Assembly (NCBI GenBank): GCA_000708835.1
Contig: DF237126.1
Span: forward strand, 1-48,800
DNA: 48,800 nucleotides
Source: Klebsormidium nitens
Taxonomy: Eukaryota > Plantae > Klebsormidiophyceae
Direction of reading: 5' to 3'
Shown: positions 37,300 through 48,785 of the stretch, piece by piece
How positions within the stretch are numbered: position 1 is the first letter of the stretch
Layout of the letters: each line of letters begins with the position of its first letter
Notes under the pieces: model-generated
The model's database searches: none
Told to the model about the DNA's origin: nothing
Seen by the model: the letters and a program-made list of their open reading frames with translations, nothing else
Program-made: the position numbers and the translations under genes

Positions 37300-38741
37300 T
37301 CCATGCAGCGAGCTTTGTGTCGGAGTGGTAAGTTGCTGACTGAGCAAGTAAAAAGCATTTTGCTGGCACTGGCTTCCATATGCTTTTCTGTTCACTCGTC
37401 TTTCCACCTGAATCTAGTGTGGTAACTAATTGCGAATCTGTGATATTGTTTTGGTGAGAAAGTTGACGGCTCTGTTTTAAAAAGTCAGAAGATGGGCCTG
37501 TGCATGCGAGGAGGGCATGCAAGGGGCTTCGATTTTGAAGACACCATCAAAGTTCGAAGGAGGGTAATTTACATAGCAGGTCTTTCGGGGCTGAAACAAT
37601 TTGCTTTTTCCTGACTGTTTCTGCCTACAAAAGGCCCTCCTGAAAGTTCATTGGCTCTGCCAAGATTGTCTTCTCTATGTCTCTCCTGTTGGACTGCTGT
37701 CAATAGTTCTTTGATGCCGTTCTGCAGGGTCAGGCCGGGGAACCGTAATTGCACCGGTTTGGCGCTATGGGGGCTTAGGCAGTATGATAGGATTTTTAGA
37801 AAATTTCTCACTGTATCCTCTTGTTGACTCTACTTCTGTCATAAGCGGCTGGTAGCATAGCCCCTTACGTACTTCGCACTGCTAAATTGCCCAGAGCGAT
37901 GATTCAATTGAAGTTGTTCATAAGGCCCCGCGCATGAGGATTCTGAATCGCTCACATATTGGCTTGCATGGTTCAACTGAACAATATGGTTCATGGTTCA
38001 ACTGACCAATATGGTTAAGTAACATCATATGCGGAGTGTTGCAAGCCGTGATACATGTACTGAGCCGCGTGCGCCGTAGGATTATATACAAGTGATTCAG
38101 ATGCCTACAGCCAACAAGGAAGATACACAGGTTTACCTGACGGGTGCATCCGATCCAAATGCATGGTGTGGGTTATACCATATATATACATCTTGACATG
38201 TCGGGCAAGCATGTTCAGGTTTTGACGTGAGTTTTACAGGCCGGTAAAGTATGGCATATGCAATTGAATGTTGATTAATCAACTTCACAGGCTTGTTGAG
38301 ACTACGTGCGCCACCATGGACACTGAGCACGTCGCATCGGTTGGTACCGTCCATGGATTGCTTGCCTTCAGATGACCACGTATACGCATGATGCAGAGGC
38401 TGGCTTAGCAGCGTTTGCAGATGGAGTCCCGTTGAGAGCACGGTTGAACACACGACCGTCTGCCGCGCGCAACGTGCACATGTGCATGTATGCGTCGGCC
38501 CACGCTTGATCGATATAGGAATATGTGACTCTGAATTGTAACCGTCTGGGCATGCCATTTTAGAACACGGAAACGTGCGGAAACTCAACCACTCGGTCGA
38601 ATCTTGAAGCACGCGACGTGTATACATTGCGGTCTGCCCACATGTCAAGGAAGAGAAAACCTTTGCAGCCATGACGCTGAATCACAACTCCGCAACCTCA
38701 AGGAGCTGTCACTTAAGCTTTTGGAATACTCCCAACGTACT

Positions 38742-41700
38742 TTAGTTTATGTCAGCGAAAAATGCTTCCCGCGGAGTCATCCTGTTTCTTGTAGCTTGCT
38801 TTCCCTCTAAGCTCTGCTCCTCGATTTGTTCCTGCACCATGTGCCCATCCAATGTTCCCCCCCGCCAAGACGCGGTTCTTTTCCTTTCCGTCCGGTCGCC
38901 GAAAGCGCGTTTCAGATGATCCAGCGCTGACGTCGCGTGACGTAATACGCATTTGTTCCGCTCCGCCGCCCTTATCTCCGCATCCCCGGATACCGCCCCT
39001 TCTTCCGGCCCTGCCGCTTGCTCGAGACCTTCTAGAACTTCTCGGAGCTGCTCTTGCGCCGACCGCCCAACCCGGGAAGCTTTACGCAGTTCCAAGTCGA
39101 GGGCCTCCTCTAGGGGCCTCCTAGCGGATCCTCCGGGTGGCGCCCGTCTCGGCCGGCTCAAGGGGTAGCCTCCAAGACACCGGATGAAAAGCAGGTCCTC
39201 GCTGGCGCATTCCAGGGCTGCCGCAACCGACTCGTTTCTCGAAAAGGCCTCCTTTTGCCGCCCGGTAAACGGACCTTTACTGACGATCTCTCCCGAGCCG
39301 TATTCCATTAGTTGCAGCGCTTCTCGAACCAAGCTACCCGCTTCTAGGTAGCCCCTCTTTGCCCTTTCAAAAGCGACTTCTAGCGCCTCTAGCCGGGACG
39401 AGGGCTTACCGGCAGCGTTGAAAAGCTCGGCGAAATTTGGTTTGCTTGTCCGACGCTTCTCCCGGCTCGCCACACTCTGTGCGCGAGCACGTTTCGCGTC
39501 CGTCAGCGCAAATGGGTTTTCCAACTGAGCTTTCCGCCCTGCCGTTTCCGCTTCCTTCCCTCGCTCTTCCGTTTCCGCCCCACTAAACTCAGCGTTCACT
39601 GCCGAATGACTGCTCTCCGTTTCTACCCCCCCTTCCTCCCGCCACGCGTGCAGGACTTGCGTTACTCTAATCTGCTTTCGACAGAGAATGCTCTTAAGCG
39701 TCTGAACCTCTATTTCGTCTGGCAACTCTCCTAGGCTCTTCGCTATCTCCTCTAACACAGCCCCGGCGCTAGCAGCAACACTTCGAGGATCTTCATATTC
39801 CTGGCTTATAGCCTTTCTGTAAGTTTCGAAAGCCGCTCTTATCTCCATTCTTCTGACAGCCTCACTTTCGTCCAGGGCAGCCGAAGCCTGGTCCACCCAC
39901 GCGCGCATCTCTTCCCGCCCTTCCACATAAAGCTCCTCCAGCAAAGCCGGCAAACTCTCTTCTGAGCCGTTCGATTTTATCCCCGGTCCGTCCGCTACCG
40001 CCCATTTTCCGTCCGGCTGTGTCCGACTTCCGTCCGTTTCCGTCTCTGTTCCGTTCTTTCCCGTCCGCGTTCCGTCCGTTCGTGTCCGCCTTCCGTCACT
40101 TCTTGTCCCCGTTCTTGTTCCATTCGCTTCCTTCCGTATTGCATCCACCACTGAAGCTGAACCATTTGACCCTCTCTCAACACAATTCTCTCGCTGATCA
40201 GCTTCGCTCTCGTTTTCCGCTTCTTCTTCGGGCCTCCGCCTTTCCCACTCGCGCTTCGCAGCCTCAACTCGCCCGCCGATCTCGCTCTGTTCAAGCCAAC
40301 TCAACCCACAAAACCTCTCCCACTCGCTTTCAAAAGGCTCGGCGAGAGCCGGGAGCCGGTGTTTCCAGCTTTTCGCCCGCGCCTCTTGTTGCTCCAAACA
40401 CTCCGTTTCTATCACGCTCAGATCTTTCAGGACGTCCGAACGGCGCACCAGCGGAGGGCCTCCGTCCGCGGCTTCGGACAGGAGTGTGAACGCCCGCACG
40501 AGCCTATTCACATCCTCTACCGTGCTTCCTACTCGGACAGAAAAGACTGCTCCGGTTGCAAAAGCAGCCGCGCAATTCACACCAAACTCCGCTCGAAGAA
40601 TCTCGTCGACTTTGTATCCGGAAAGTCGCAGTCCGACGGTTTCGACGACTACACGCAGGGGGTCGATTTCCGGTGCTTCAAGGACGTTGATTCCGGTCAG
40701 AGAGCGGAGTTCCAAACTCAATTTGGCGGCAAGCTGGAGGGCGGCTTCCAAACCAGGATTGTTTCCGCTCTCGTTCCGTTGAGCAGCTTCCGCGCGGGCG
40801 AGGTCGAGGGAACTGGGCGAAAATTGGCGAAATTGCGGTTCAGACTTGTGTTCATGGCCAAGCGCAGGGAGGTTGCGTGGACCGTGTACTCAAGCAGAGT
40901 CAAGGAACTGCAAGCCAGATCTTCATAATGAAGCAGGGTATTAGCAGGACAGAGAGCTGACAACTTTTGTGGAGTCGATCCAACTTCACTGATACAGGCT
41001 CAAAGAGAGTTGTACACGGCTTTACGACGACCGCACACGGCAACCAAAGAACTCTCGGCCTCCCAAAAGCCCTCTGGCTTTCTTTGAGAGGAAACAAGAA
41101 AAGTAAAGCCCGCGGTGAGTCACCTGAGCAGCAGGTAGCTCGGGCTGGACGACTGCAGCGTTTGCAGCGACCGGTCCACCCGGGCGGCCGCTACCCGGTC
41201 GCCCTTCAGGTGCAGCATGCCGGCCTGTGCCAGGGCGGAAAGGCCCTGGGAGGAAGTCACCGGGGATGGGTCAGTCTTGAAGGCATTTGGCGGGGAGATT
41301 GGCGAGGAGTTTCGAAAGAGCGGCGCGGTAAGGTTCGCGTGGGGCCCAGTCTCCTGGTTTTGACGAACTTTGGACATGATTATCTCGTCCCAGTAGAGGA
41401 ATAAGTAGTCTCCAACGCTCTGCCGACGCTCTTTTCGCCAGGCTCTGCTTCTTTGAAGTTATCAAACCCACGAGGCAGCTCTGGACAACCAACAGCTTTA
41501 GACCCTCTGCGACCAATCGCCCGGCTCAATAAGCAACGGGAAGAGGTCCAATGATGGTCCAAGGCTTGTGCCTGAAGACTGCTCAGTGTTGCTGCACTTA
41601 CTCCCGACTGGCCATGGGCACACACGAGAAGTGGGTGGAACAATCGAAGAACGCTTCGAGGAGGAAAACAATCATGAAAGTCATTTTGCACCCTTTTGCG

Positions 41701-44700
41701 TGAGTGAATGATCGACTCCTCTCTTCAAGCCCAATACAGCACGCACTGGGACTAGATGTGATGGGCAGATCTAGGCAGAGTGGATTGTGCGATGCTTTGC
41801 TCACCTCATAAGTGGCGTGGATGACGACATCCGCTCCGCTGTCAAGTGCGCAGAGCGGAAGAGCGTTATGGAAGCGGAGATGCGCTCCCAAAGACTCGTC
41901 CACCAGGAGAGGCACACCGTGAGAGTGGCATATGCCGGCAATGGAAGTGACGTCACTGCAGTGGGGGATGAGCGGAGCAGCCGTCAGCGGGTCTGAAAGC
42001 TCGGCAGCGCGGGCCCGCGAGGCGGGTAAGAGGCAAAAGTGCTGCAGGAGCGCAATGCATCCGCTGAGAAGGCGCGATGCTGACACTTCAGTGCCTACTC
42101 AAAGTGGTGAGATAGATACATTTGCAGCCCAGAGAAGACGTATTAACGATGACGACGACCGGGTCTTGTCAGATGCACAGCAGCCCCGCCTTGACACAAT
42201 CCCGCTTGGCGTTGTTTTCTGTCAACCACTCGCTGAAAGACGGCAGCTTCAACGGGAAAGAGTGAGCAGACAAGCGAGGCACCATATGTAGATTGTCATC
42301 CATTTTTCCCACAATTTCTCCAAAACTTTCACCGGAAGGTCACCGGGAGGAAGACAGGGCACGTGCCTGCATAAGCCGCAGCTGGTGGGTGACGCCAGCA
42401 GCACGGCGCCCACGGTCTCTCCCGCCGCGCGCGCATCTTCCAGGGCGCCCGCGACCGCCTCCAGACGTACGCCACGCTCGGGCGCCCAGTCTGGTCCGGC
42501 GTCCGAAGCCACGTACAAGGGCTTCGCTCCCGAGAGGACCAGTGCCGGAAGCGCCGACTGTGATAAGCGACGCAAGAAACAGCGTGAGCAGTCAAAGGGA
42601 GTGCTTTTTTTGAAGTGTGAGGAGCCGTTGACGTTGGCTGCTTAACTCAATGATTGAGCCAATCGGGCCCCACAGTTTGTGCTTCTTTCCTAATCCCTGC
42701 AACGCTGTGCGCTCTCTTCTAGAAAGAGCTTGGGATTGAGCGCAAACGATATGAGCGCGGTCGTATCGGAGCGCGCACGAATCACCTGTTGCGAATGGGA
42801 AGGAACCCCAACAACCTGCAACCAGCACCAAGAGACTTAACCAGCAAACGCTGTGAGACATTAAGCAATCCCACTCAAACTCTCATTCTCTCAGATCGTC
42901 ATCCCACCTGAGAGTAGCTCTCCGGGAGTATCAGCGCATCCCCCGGCTTACACGTGGCCATCACCGCGGCTTGCACCCCACAGGCGGCCCCGTTGACCAG
43001 GAACCAGGTGCGGTCCGCGCCGAACGCCGCGGCCGCGAGGCGCTGCGCGTCGAGAATTGGGCCCTCGGGGGAGGCTAGGTTGTCCAGTCCTGGGATCTCG
43101 GGCAGATCGTGGCGGAACACCTGCGGCGGAATGAGGCAGTGATGAGGCAGAGCTCACAATCTCGGCTTTTTCTGCCTTCTGCAATATCTAACAGAAGTTG
43201 TCTTTTTGTGGCAGAACAACTGCATTGAAATGGAGAATCATGAGAGAAAGTAGCAAGTCGTTTTCAGATTGTCCCTGGCTGGAAGGCTAGACGGATTTGT
43301 CCGCCACTTCGCCGAATGTCCTTGTTGTGGGTATGGTGACAATCCCGGGCCAGCTTCCATTTGACGGCCGCAACAACTGCGCGGAGAACACTTCAGAGAA
43401 GAGCCCTCCGACAAATGCGCAGTCAGCAAGCGAAACCTGAACGACACCTATAGAACCCGCCAGAAGGAAACGCAGCCTTCCTATTCTTACCAGAACAGTC
43501 TTCTCACAATGATGCAGAATCTGAGCTATATGCGTTGCAGCGAGCCTAGCGGGTCGAGGTTCTAGAGGACGTCGGAAAATGCTAAAAACTCAACAACAAC
43601 CACTTGGCTTGCTGCCCAACGCTCCCGACAGTGCTTGGTGATTCAAACAGCCACGTCCCTCTGAGCTTACGCTATAACGCATCCAGGAATAGCCTTTTCC
43701 AAATCTCTCAAGAACCTTACCGCATGGCCTAGGGCGTCTCTCAGCTCTGCCGGCGCTCCCGCCCCCTTCTTGTGTCCCGGAAAATAGAACGGCGCGTCGC
43801 TTCTTTCCGCGGCCTGCGTGACCGCCTCCCAGAGAGGCGATGTTTCTTGATCCAACGGCTCAGAATTTTCGACGTCCGAAGGGGACGAGGCGGGGTCGGC
43901 TCCTGAGCTGCCACGTGGCGCGTTGCAGGCAACGGCGATGCTTTGCAGAGAGGGATCCCCTCCGCCAGTGACGGTGCCGCCGGAGTCGAGGGTGGAGACG
44001 AGGAGCTCGATGGCCGTAGTGGTGATGACCTGTGGAAACAAGAGAATGCTCGACAATAAGATCCGCTGTCATTATATTTCAGAATCAGGGGGGAAGAGAA
44101 GGAATTAGGCGAAGGGGAGGGAGCATTTTGGCTGGATGTTCCAAGCTATGTTGAGGCTCTAAGAATGTTCCAAGAATGTTGAGGCTCTAGTTATAGCCTG
44201 GTGAACAGGAAAGAGCGAACCCTTGGCAGAGTCTGAGATTTTTAAAACTGTCGCAGGGAACGGAAGCGGCAGGAAGGAGAAACGGCGCTTGGCAGAATCT
44301 TTGAGACTCCGTTCAAGAGCCAGACATAATGGCGAGGGGGCCTCACCTCTCCCGGTGTCAGAACCGGGATGCCTGGCGGGTAAGGGCACAATAGCTCCGC
44401 GCAGATGCGGCCAACAGCGGCACTGGCGGGCACCTACGTAGAGAGCAGAAGAACGGACGCAGCAGGATTACGGTAAGAAGGTACATTTACCTGCAAGGGT
44501 TGACCTGACAATGAAGTAGATGAGGAAAGGGTCGTAAGGGACCCAATTGACGACAACACTCGATCATAGGTTGCAAAACCAGGGAGAAGTTGGTTGCAAA
44601 AGGCGTCAACCTCTGCAAGTCGGGGAAGTGAAAAACAAATGGGTGTAATCTCCATGGATCCCTCTCCTCCTGATGAAGATTATTTCCCTGTCATTTTCCG

Positions 44701-47700
44701 TGTACGATTTCCAGGTATTAACTGTACTCCCGACTGCTCCCAAAAGCCCCCTCAGGAGAGCAGCATCTTTCCTCACCCGCTCTGACTCGCTGAAGAAGGC
44801 CTCGCGGGGGCTCATCCGTGCCTCTCCGAAAATGCCCCTGCTGGCACCCCCATCTCCGCTCCGGTCCTCCAACCGGAACCCCCCTTTCTGCGCCGTTTCT
44901 GCCAACGATGTGAACGCGTCCACCATCCTATTCACATCCTCTTCCCGACTACCCGGCCCAACTGCAAACACAAGCCCGTTCTGCCACGGCAGCTCGGCTA
45001 TGACACCAGATTCTTCAACTAGGGTCTCGTCAGCCTCGTAACCAGACAGCCCAACGCCGGTGGTGTCAAGGGCCACCCGCAAGGGGTCCATTCCCGGGAG
45101 GTTGAGAACTTTGATTCCGGCGAGGGATTTGAGTTCCGCTCTTGCACGGGTGGCCAAGCGGAAAGCGGAGTCGAAGGGCGCGTTCACACCGGCGGAGGTT
45201 TGTCGGGTTGCTTCAAGGCGGGCTGCGTCTAGGGAGCTGCAGAAGAGAGGGGAAGTGATAACTGGACGGAAGCCCTTCGGTCTTCGCAAACTACACCTAA
45301 GCTCCCCTAAGTACAATGCATACAAAAAGTCAGAGGAACTCACAAAATCGATATCATTGGTCAAAAGGACGAATCGCAACTCGCCAAGAAGGATCATTGC
45401 ACAGTGATCTGATTATAAATCTGGATTTCACAGAGGAAGCCACCCGCAATATCGATCAAGTCACTATTCGATACACTTGAAGAATGCGAGCAGCCAGACA
45501 GCAGAGCACAGGCAAAGGACAATGCGCCTGCTCATATCTTAGCACGCTGAGGTTACCCGAACCTTCCACTCCAGGATTCATCTGGGATTTGAGCACACAA
45601 TTGAATGGACGGTGAGAAGTCGCCTCACCTCAGCAACAAGTGACTGGGGCGAGGAGTCTGGAGCAGCTGCAGCGACCAGTGCAGTCGGTGCGCTGCCACG
45701 CGGTCGCCGTTGAGGTGCAGCATGGCCGCCTGGGTGAAAGCGGAGAGCACCTGCGAGTTCGCCCGGTTCACAGGTTACTTTGCAATTACATCAAGGCGGA
45801 GAACGGCGTTTGTGCTTTTCGTTCGTGTTGTATTTGACTGAGCGTCGGTCTGAGACTTGGAAGAGCTCTCTATTTTTGGGATGAACAGTCTAGCTACACG
45901 AACTCGACAGCCCGGACTGGAGAGCTTTGAAGGGATTGCTTCTCTTTCAAGGGAGAAGAACAACGGGTCAATCCAGATCGTGGGCCTTGCAATCTTCAAT
46001 GTGCGTTGCAGGGACCGTTCCTCATTTCGCAGAACTTTGGGAAGGTTTTCGATTGCTCTTACGAGAGAAGACACAAGAGACGCACGACTACCGTTGTATC
46101 ATTGATTCGACTGGTTGATTGGCCCAGAAGGAATGTAGGAATCGTAATTGGCCCAAAGCATGCGAACGAATTCAGACGGCCTAGACTTGCGCACGCACCT
46201 TGTGAGTAGATTGGATGGCTACGTCCGCCCCGCTTTCAAGGGCAGTTCCCGGAAAGGCGGGATGAAAATTAAAGTGGCCCCCGTGAGCCTCGTCCACCAG
46301 TAAGGGCACCCCAAACGCGTGGCAAACTTCGGCAATGCGGGAAATGTCGCTGCGAAAGACGGCAATGATGTCAACTTACGTCTACCTTCAGAACAGATAT
46401 AATCCCAAACAGGAGATATAAAGACAAGCGGAGACAGAGAGTCATTTCGAACAGTTAACCGGTTGTTCGAAAGCTGCAACTACGAGATATCACAACCTCA
46501 TGCAACCTGACCATCACGAAGGCCAATTGGAGGCTGCTGAGAGATGAACTCGCGTCCAGTCCCACTAACATGTTTAGCCTCTGCAAAAGTAGACGTCGTT
46601 GACAATAAATCACCATTGTTCACCAATTCAGCCCAAGCGCACGTTCGAGAATGTTTTCCAAAACCCCCTCTCAATCGCTACAATCACCTCAGCTTCTCTT
46701 ACTAAAGGAGGCTACTTACCTGCAGACGCCATGATAAGTGGGCGACACAATCAGCACTGCGCCGACCGTCTGCCCTTCCTCCCACGACTCCGTCAACGCG
46801 CGCTCTATCTCGTGGGGGGGCACTCCCAAGGCGATGCCCCAGCTAGAATCGTAGTCTGGCAGGACATACTTGGGTCGTGCACCAGACAGGACCATGGCGG
46901 AAACTGCAGACTGGGCAGAGAAACTAGATGTGGACGTAAACCAGGGACGTGACGCTGGTGAAGGGGTTTGGGAGTGTTCTGAGAAAGTTGGTTGAGCAAG
47001 GGCGTACGGACTGATTCTGGTCGAAATAAGGGAAGGACGAATAAGCAGGGAATGGCGCGGGAAATGATGATCAGCATTACGGTGGATGGTGGAAAGACGC
47101 AGAGGACTTTACTCGTTTCAAGCAAGAGTTTGTGGGTCCAATCCTGGGGCGGAGAAGATTGTCAAGGCCTGAAGGTGCTCTTGGATGCAAAAGATATCCA
47201 GATTGTGCACAGCCCAGATTGATGCAAGAAGGTGACAGTAGGTGGAGTTCAGTGTTGTCAAAGCCCTCCAAACAAACGGCAGTTCCCAGTCACAGAATCC
47301 TTGAGCGCATTCTTCACCGCCTCAGACTGAAAAATGAGAATTGTCAGATCTTGGTTGCAGAGGCCTCGCTTCTCACAACGACCTTGCTTTTGGTTGGTGC
47401 CAGTCAGTGTTACAAACCCAAAATGACAGTTCCAAGATGAATCAATCTATCAATGGCCTTTCCACGCCTGAACTCGCACCTGATGGCAGTTCCTTGGAAG
47501 TATCAGCACATCCCCCGGTTTGCATGTGGCCATCACTGCAGCTTGCACCCCGCAGGTCGACCCGTTGACCAGGAACCAGGTGCGGTCCGCACCAAACGCG
47601 GTGGCTGCGAGCTGCTGCGCCTCTTCGACGGGGCCCTCGGAAAGAGAAAGCCAGGGAAACCCAGACACGTCATGCTCGAACACCTAAAGATTGGTGGCGA

Positions 47701-48785
47701 TAGAGGTTCAGTGAGGCAGTGGCAAGAGCAAGGAGTTCTGAAGGAGACACGGACTTTTCTAGGAGCTTCATACGGCTGGTGCACCGTGCTGCAATGTGTG
47801 TGCCTGAGGGAGGAAGCCAGTTCGACTTTTGCTGCTTTGAGCATTGAGATCTGGAAGCTGGGTCTCTGACGGGTTGCGTAACTATGTTGGGTGGAAGAGC
47901 TGGACGCTTAGAGAGAAGCTGGGAACTGTGGACACAAGGCTCGATGACGCAAGTTACACTTGGATGCACTTCACAAAATCATGTGGTCGCAAAGATTTTC
48001 GTTTCCAATATGCAACACAATGTGGCCAGTCCCTAAGATGCACAGCGGGTTTCGAAAAGCTTCTTTCAAGTATTCAGCTCCAACGCTCCAGATTGTGTGT
48101 GTTGACATCATTTGCAGGACCATATAGACTCTGCTTCTCCTTGCCAGCACACCTTGCTAGAGAAAGCCTCCTTGAGCTTCGTCGGCGCCCATGCCCCTTT
48201 GTTGTGCCCAGGAGATTCGAAGGACACAACATTCCTCTCCGCTGCCTGCACCACTGCCTCAAGCAAGGGCGCCCTTCCACCTTCTTCCTTGCCGCTAATC
48301 CCATTACTCTCTGCTGACTCAGCGCAGTCAACACAGTCATCCTCATCAAGAGGTGCGTTTCTAGTCTGATGCTGGGGGTGGTGGGCCCCATATTCCAGCT
48401 CTGAGATCTTTCCTGGGCCCGCGGCAGCCCTGCATTGCATTCTGGTGGCTGCCCCATAGGGCCTTCTAGCATTTTCATGTAACCAAGAACTGGAGAGCAA
48501 GCAGGCAGTGCGGCTGACTCCAGATGTTCGCACTTGTTTTGGGGTTTCTAAGCTAAACCTAGCACATAAGGTGTTTGCTGCTTTGATTGATGAGGGTTGC
48601 AACCTGTGTGAGACCCGCTGCAATGAATGCTGAGGGCGTGTTTCAGTAGAACAACTGCTAATAAGAAACGGATCAGTGCAGCAGCTTACTCTACTAAATG
48701 CTGCTTCTCGCCTGGTCCTTCTGCAATGTCTGGACAGCCAATGTGGTGTCGCCCATGTCGCTAGAGAGACGGCAGCGTGCGCCAT
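38742..48785 (-). CDS. Tandem two-module Orn/Lys/Arg decarboxylase-family protein (fold-type-I PLP, OKR_DC_1): catalytic-Lys module fused to a Lys-less module; 13 exons, ~1634 aa, probable plastid transit peptide
   Basis: Exons (minus): 48785-48153, 47683-47480, 46910-46720, 46349-46199, 45750-45629, 45236-44777, 44433-44347, 44029-43721, 43120-42908, 42557-42367 (GC donor), 41955-41805, 41245-41124, 40812-38742. They total 4905 nt in one frame. Module 1: SPGHNKG, FGADRTWFLVNGST, PRNCHQS, SPTYHG, LVDEAHG, QSTHK, MSPREAFF, AELLCPYPPGIP. Module 2: FPGHKKG, HDLPEIPGLDNL, NGAA, DESLG, HATYE, SSSPSY, MTPREAFF then stop. The frame is open to the window edge, so the true start could lie upstream of 48785. 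Confidence 0.9.
40009..40125 (-). repeat. Degenerate ~21-bp (7-aa) coding tandem repeat within the module-2 insertion
   Basis: Protein period: ANGTRTG/TR-SDGRRTR/TDGTRTG/KNGTETE/TDGSRTQ/PDGKWAV/ADG. The plus strand shows recurring tccgtc. Confidence 0.7.
44134..44190. repeat. Short imperfect intronic tandem duplication (~30 bp x2)
   Basis: atgttccaagctatgttgaggctcta / agaatgttccaagaatgttgaggctcta in the intron between exons 44433-44347 and 44029-43721. Confidence 0.7.

Noticed and set aside
37965-38020. Short tandem repeats here and at ~12846-12874, ~14321-14360 and ~29378-29405 as CRISPR-like or functional arrays
   Set aside because: Only two adjacent copies each, no spacers, eukaryotic context; ordinary slippage duplications.
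38133-38672. 179-aa minus-strand ORF as the missing C-terminal exon of module 2
   Set aside because: No PYPPG or other OKR_DC_1_C features; the composition looks like UTR or intergenic sequence.
43721-44029. Module 2 as an independent downstream gene
   Set aside because: There is no stop after module 1's tail and no ATG before module 2; both lie in one exon and one frame.
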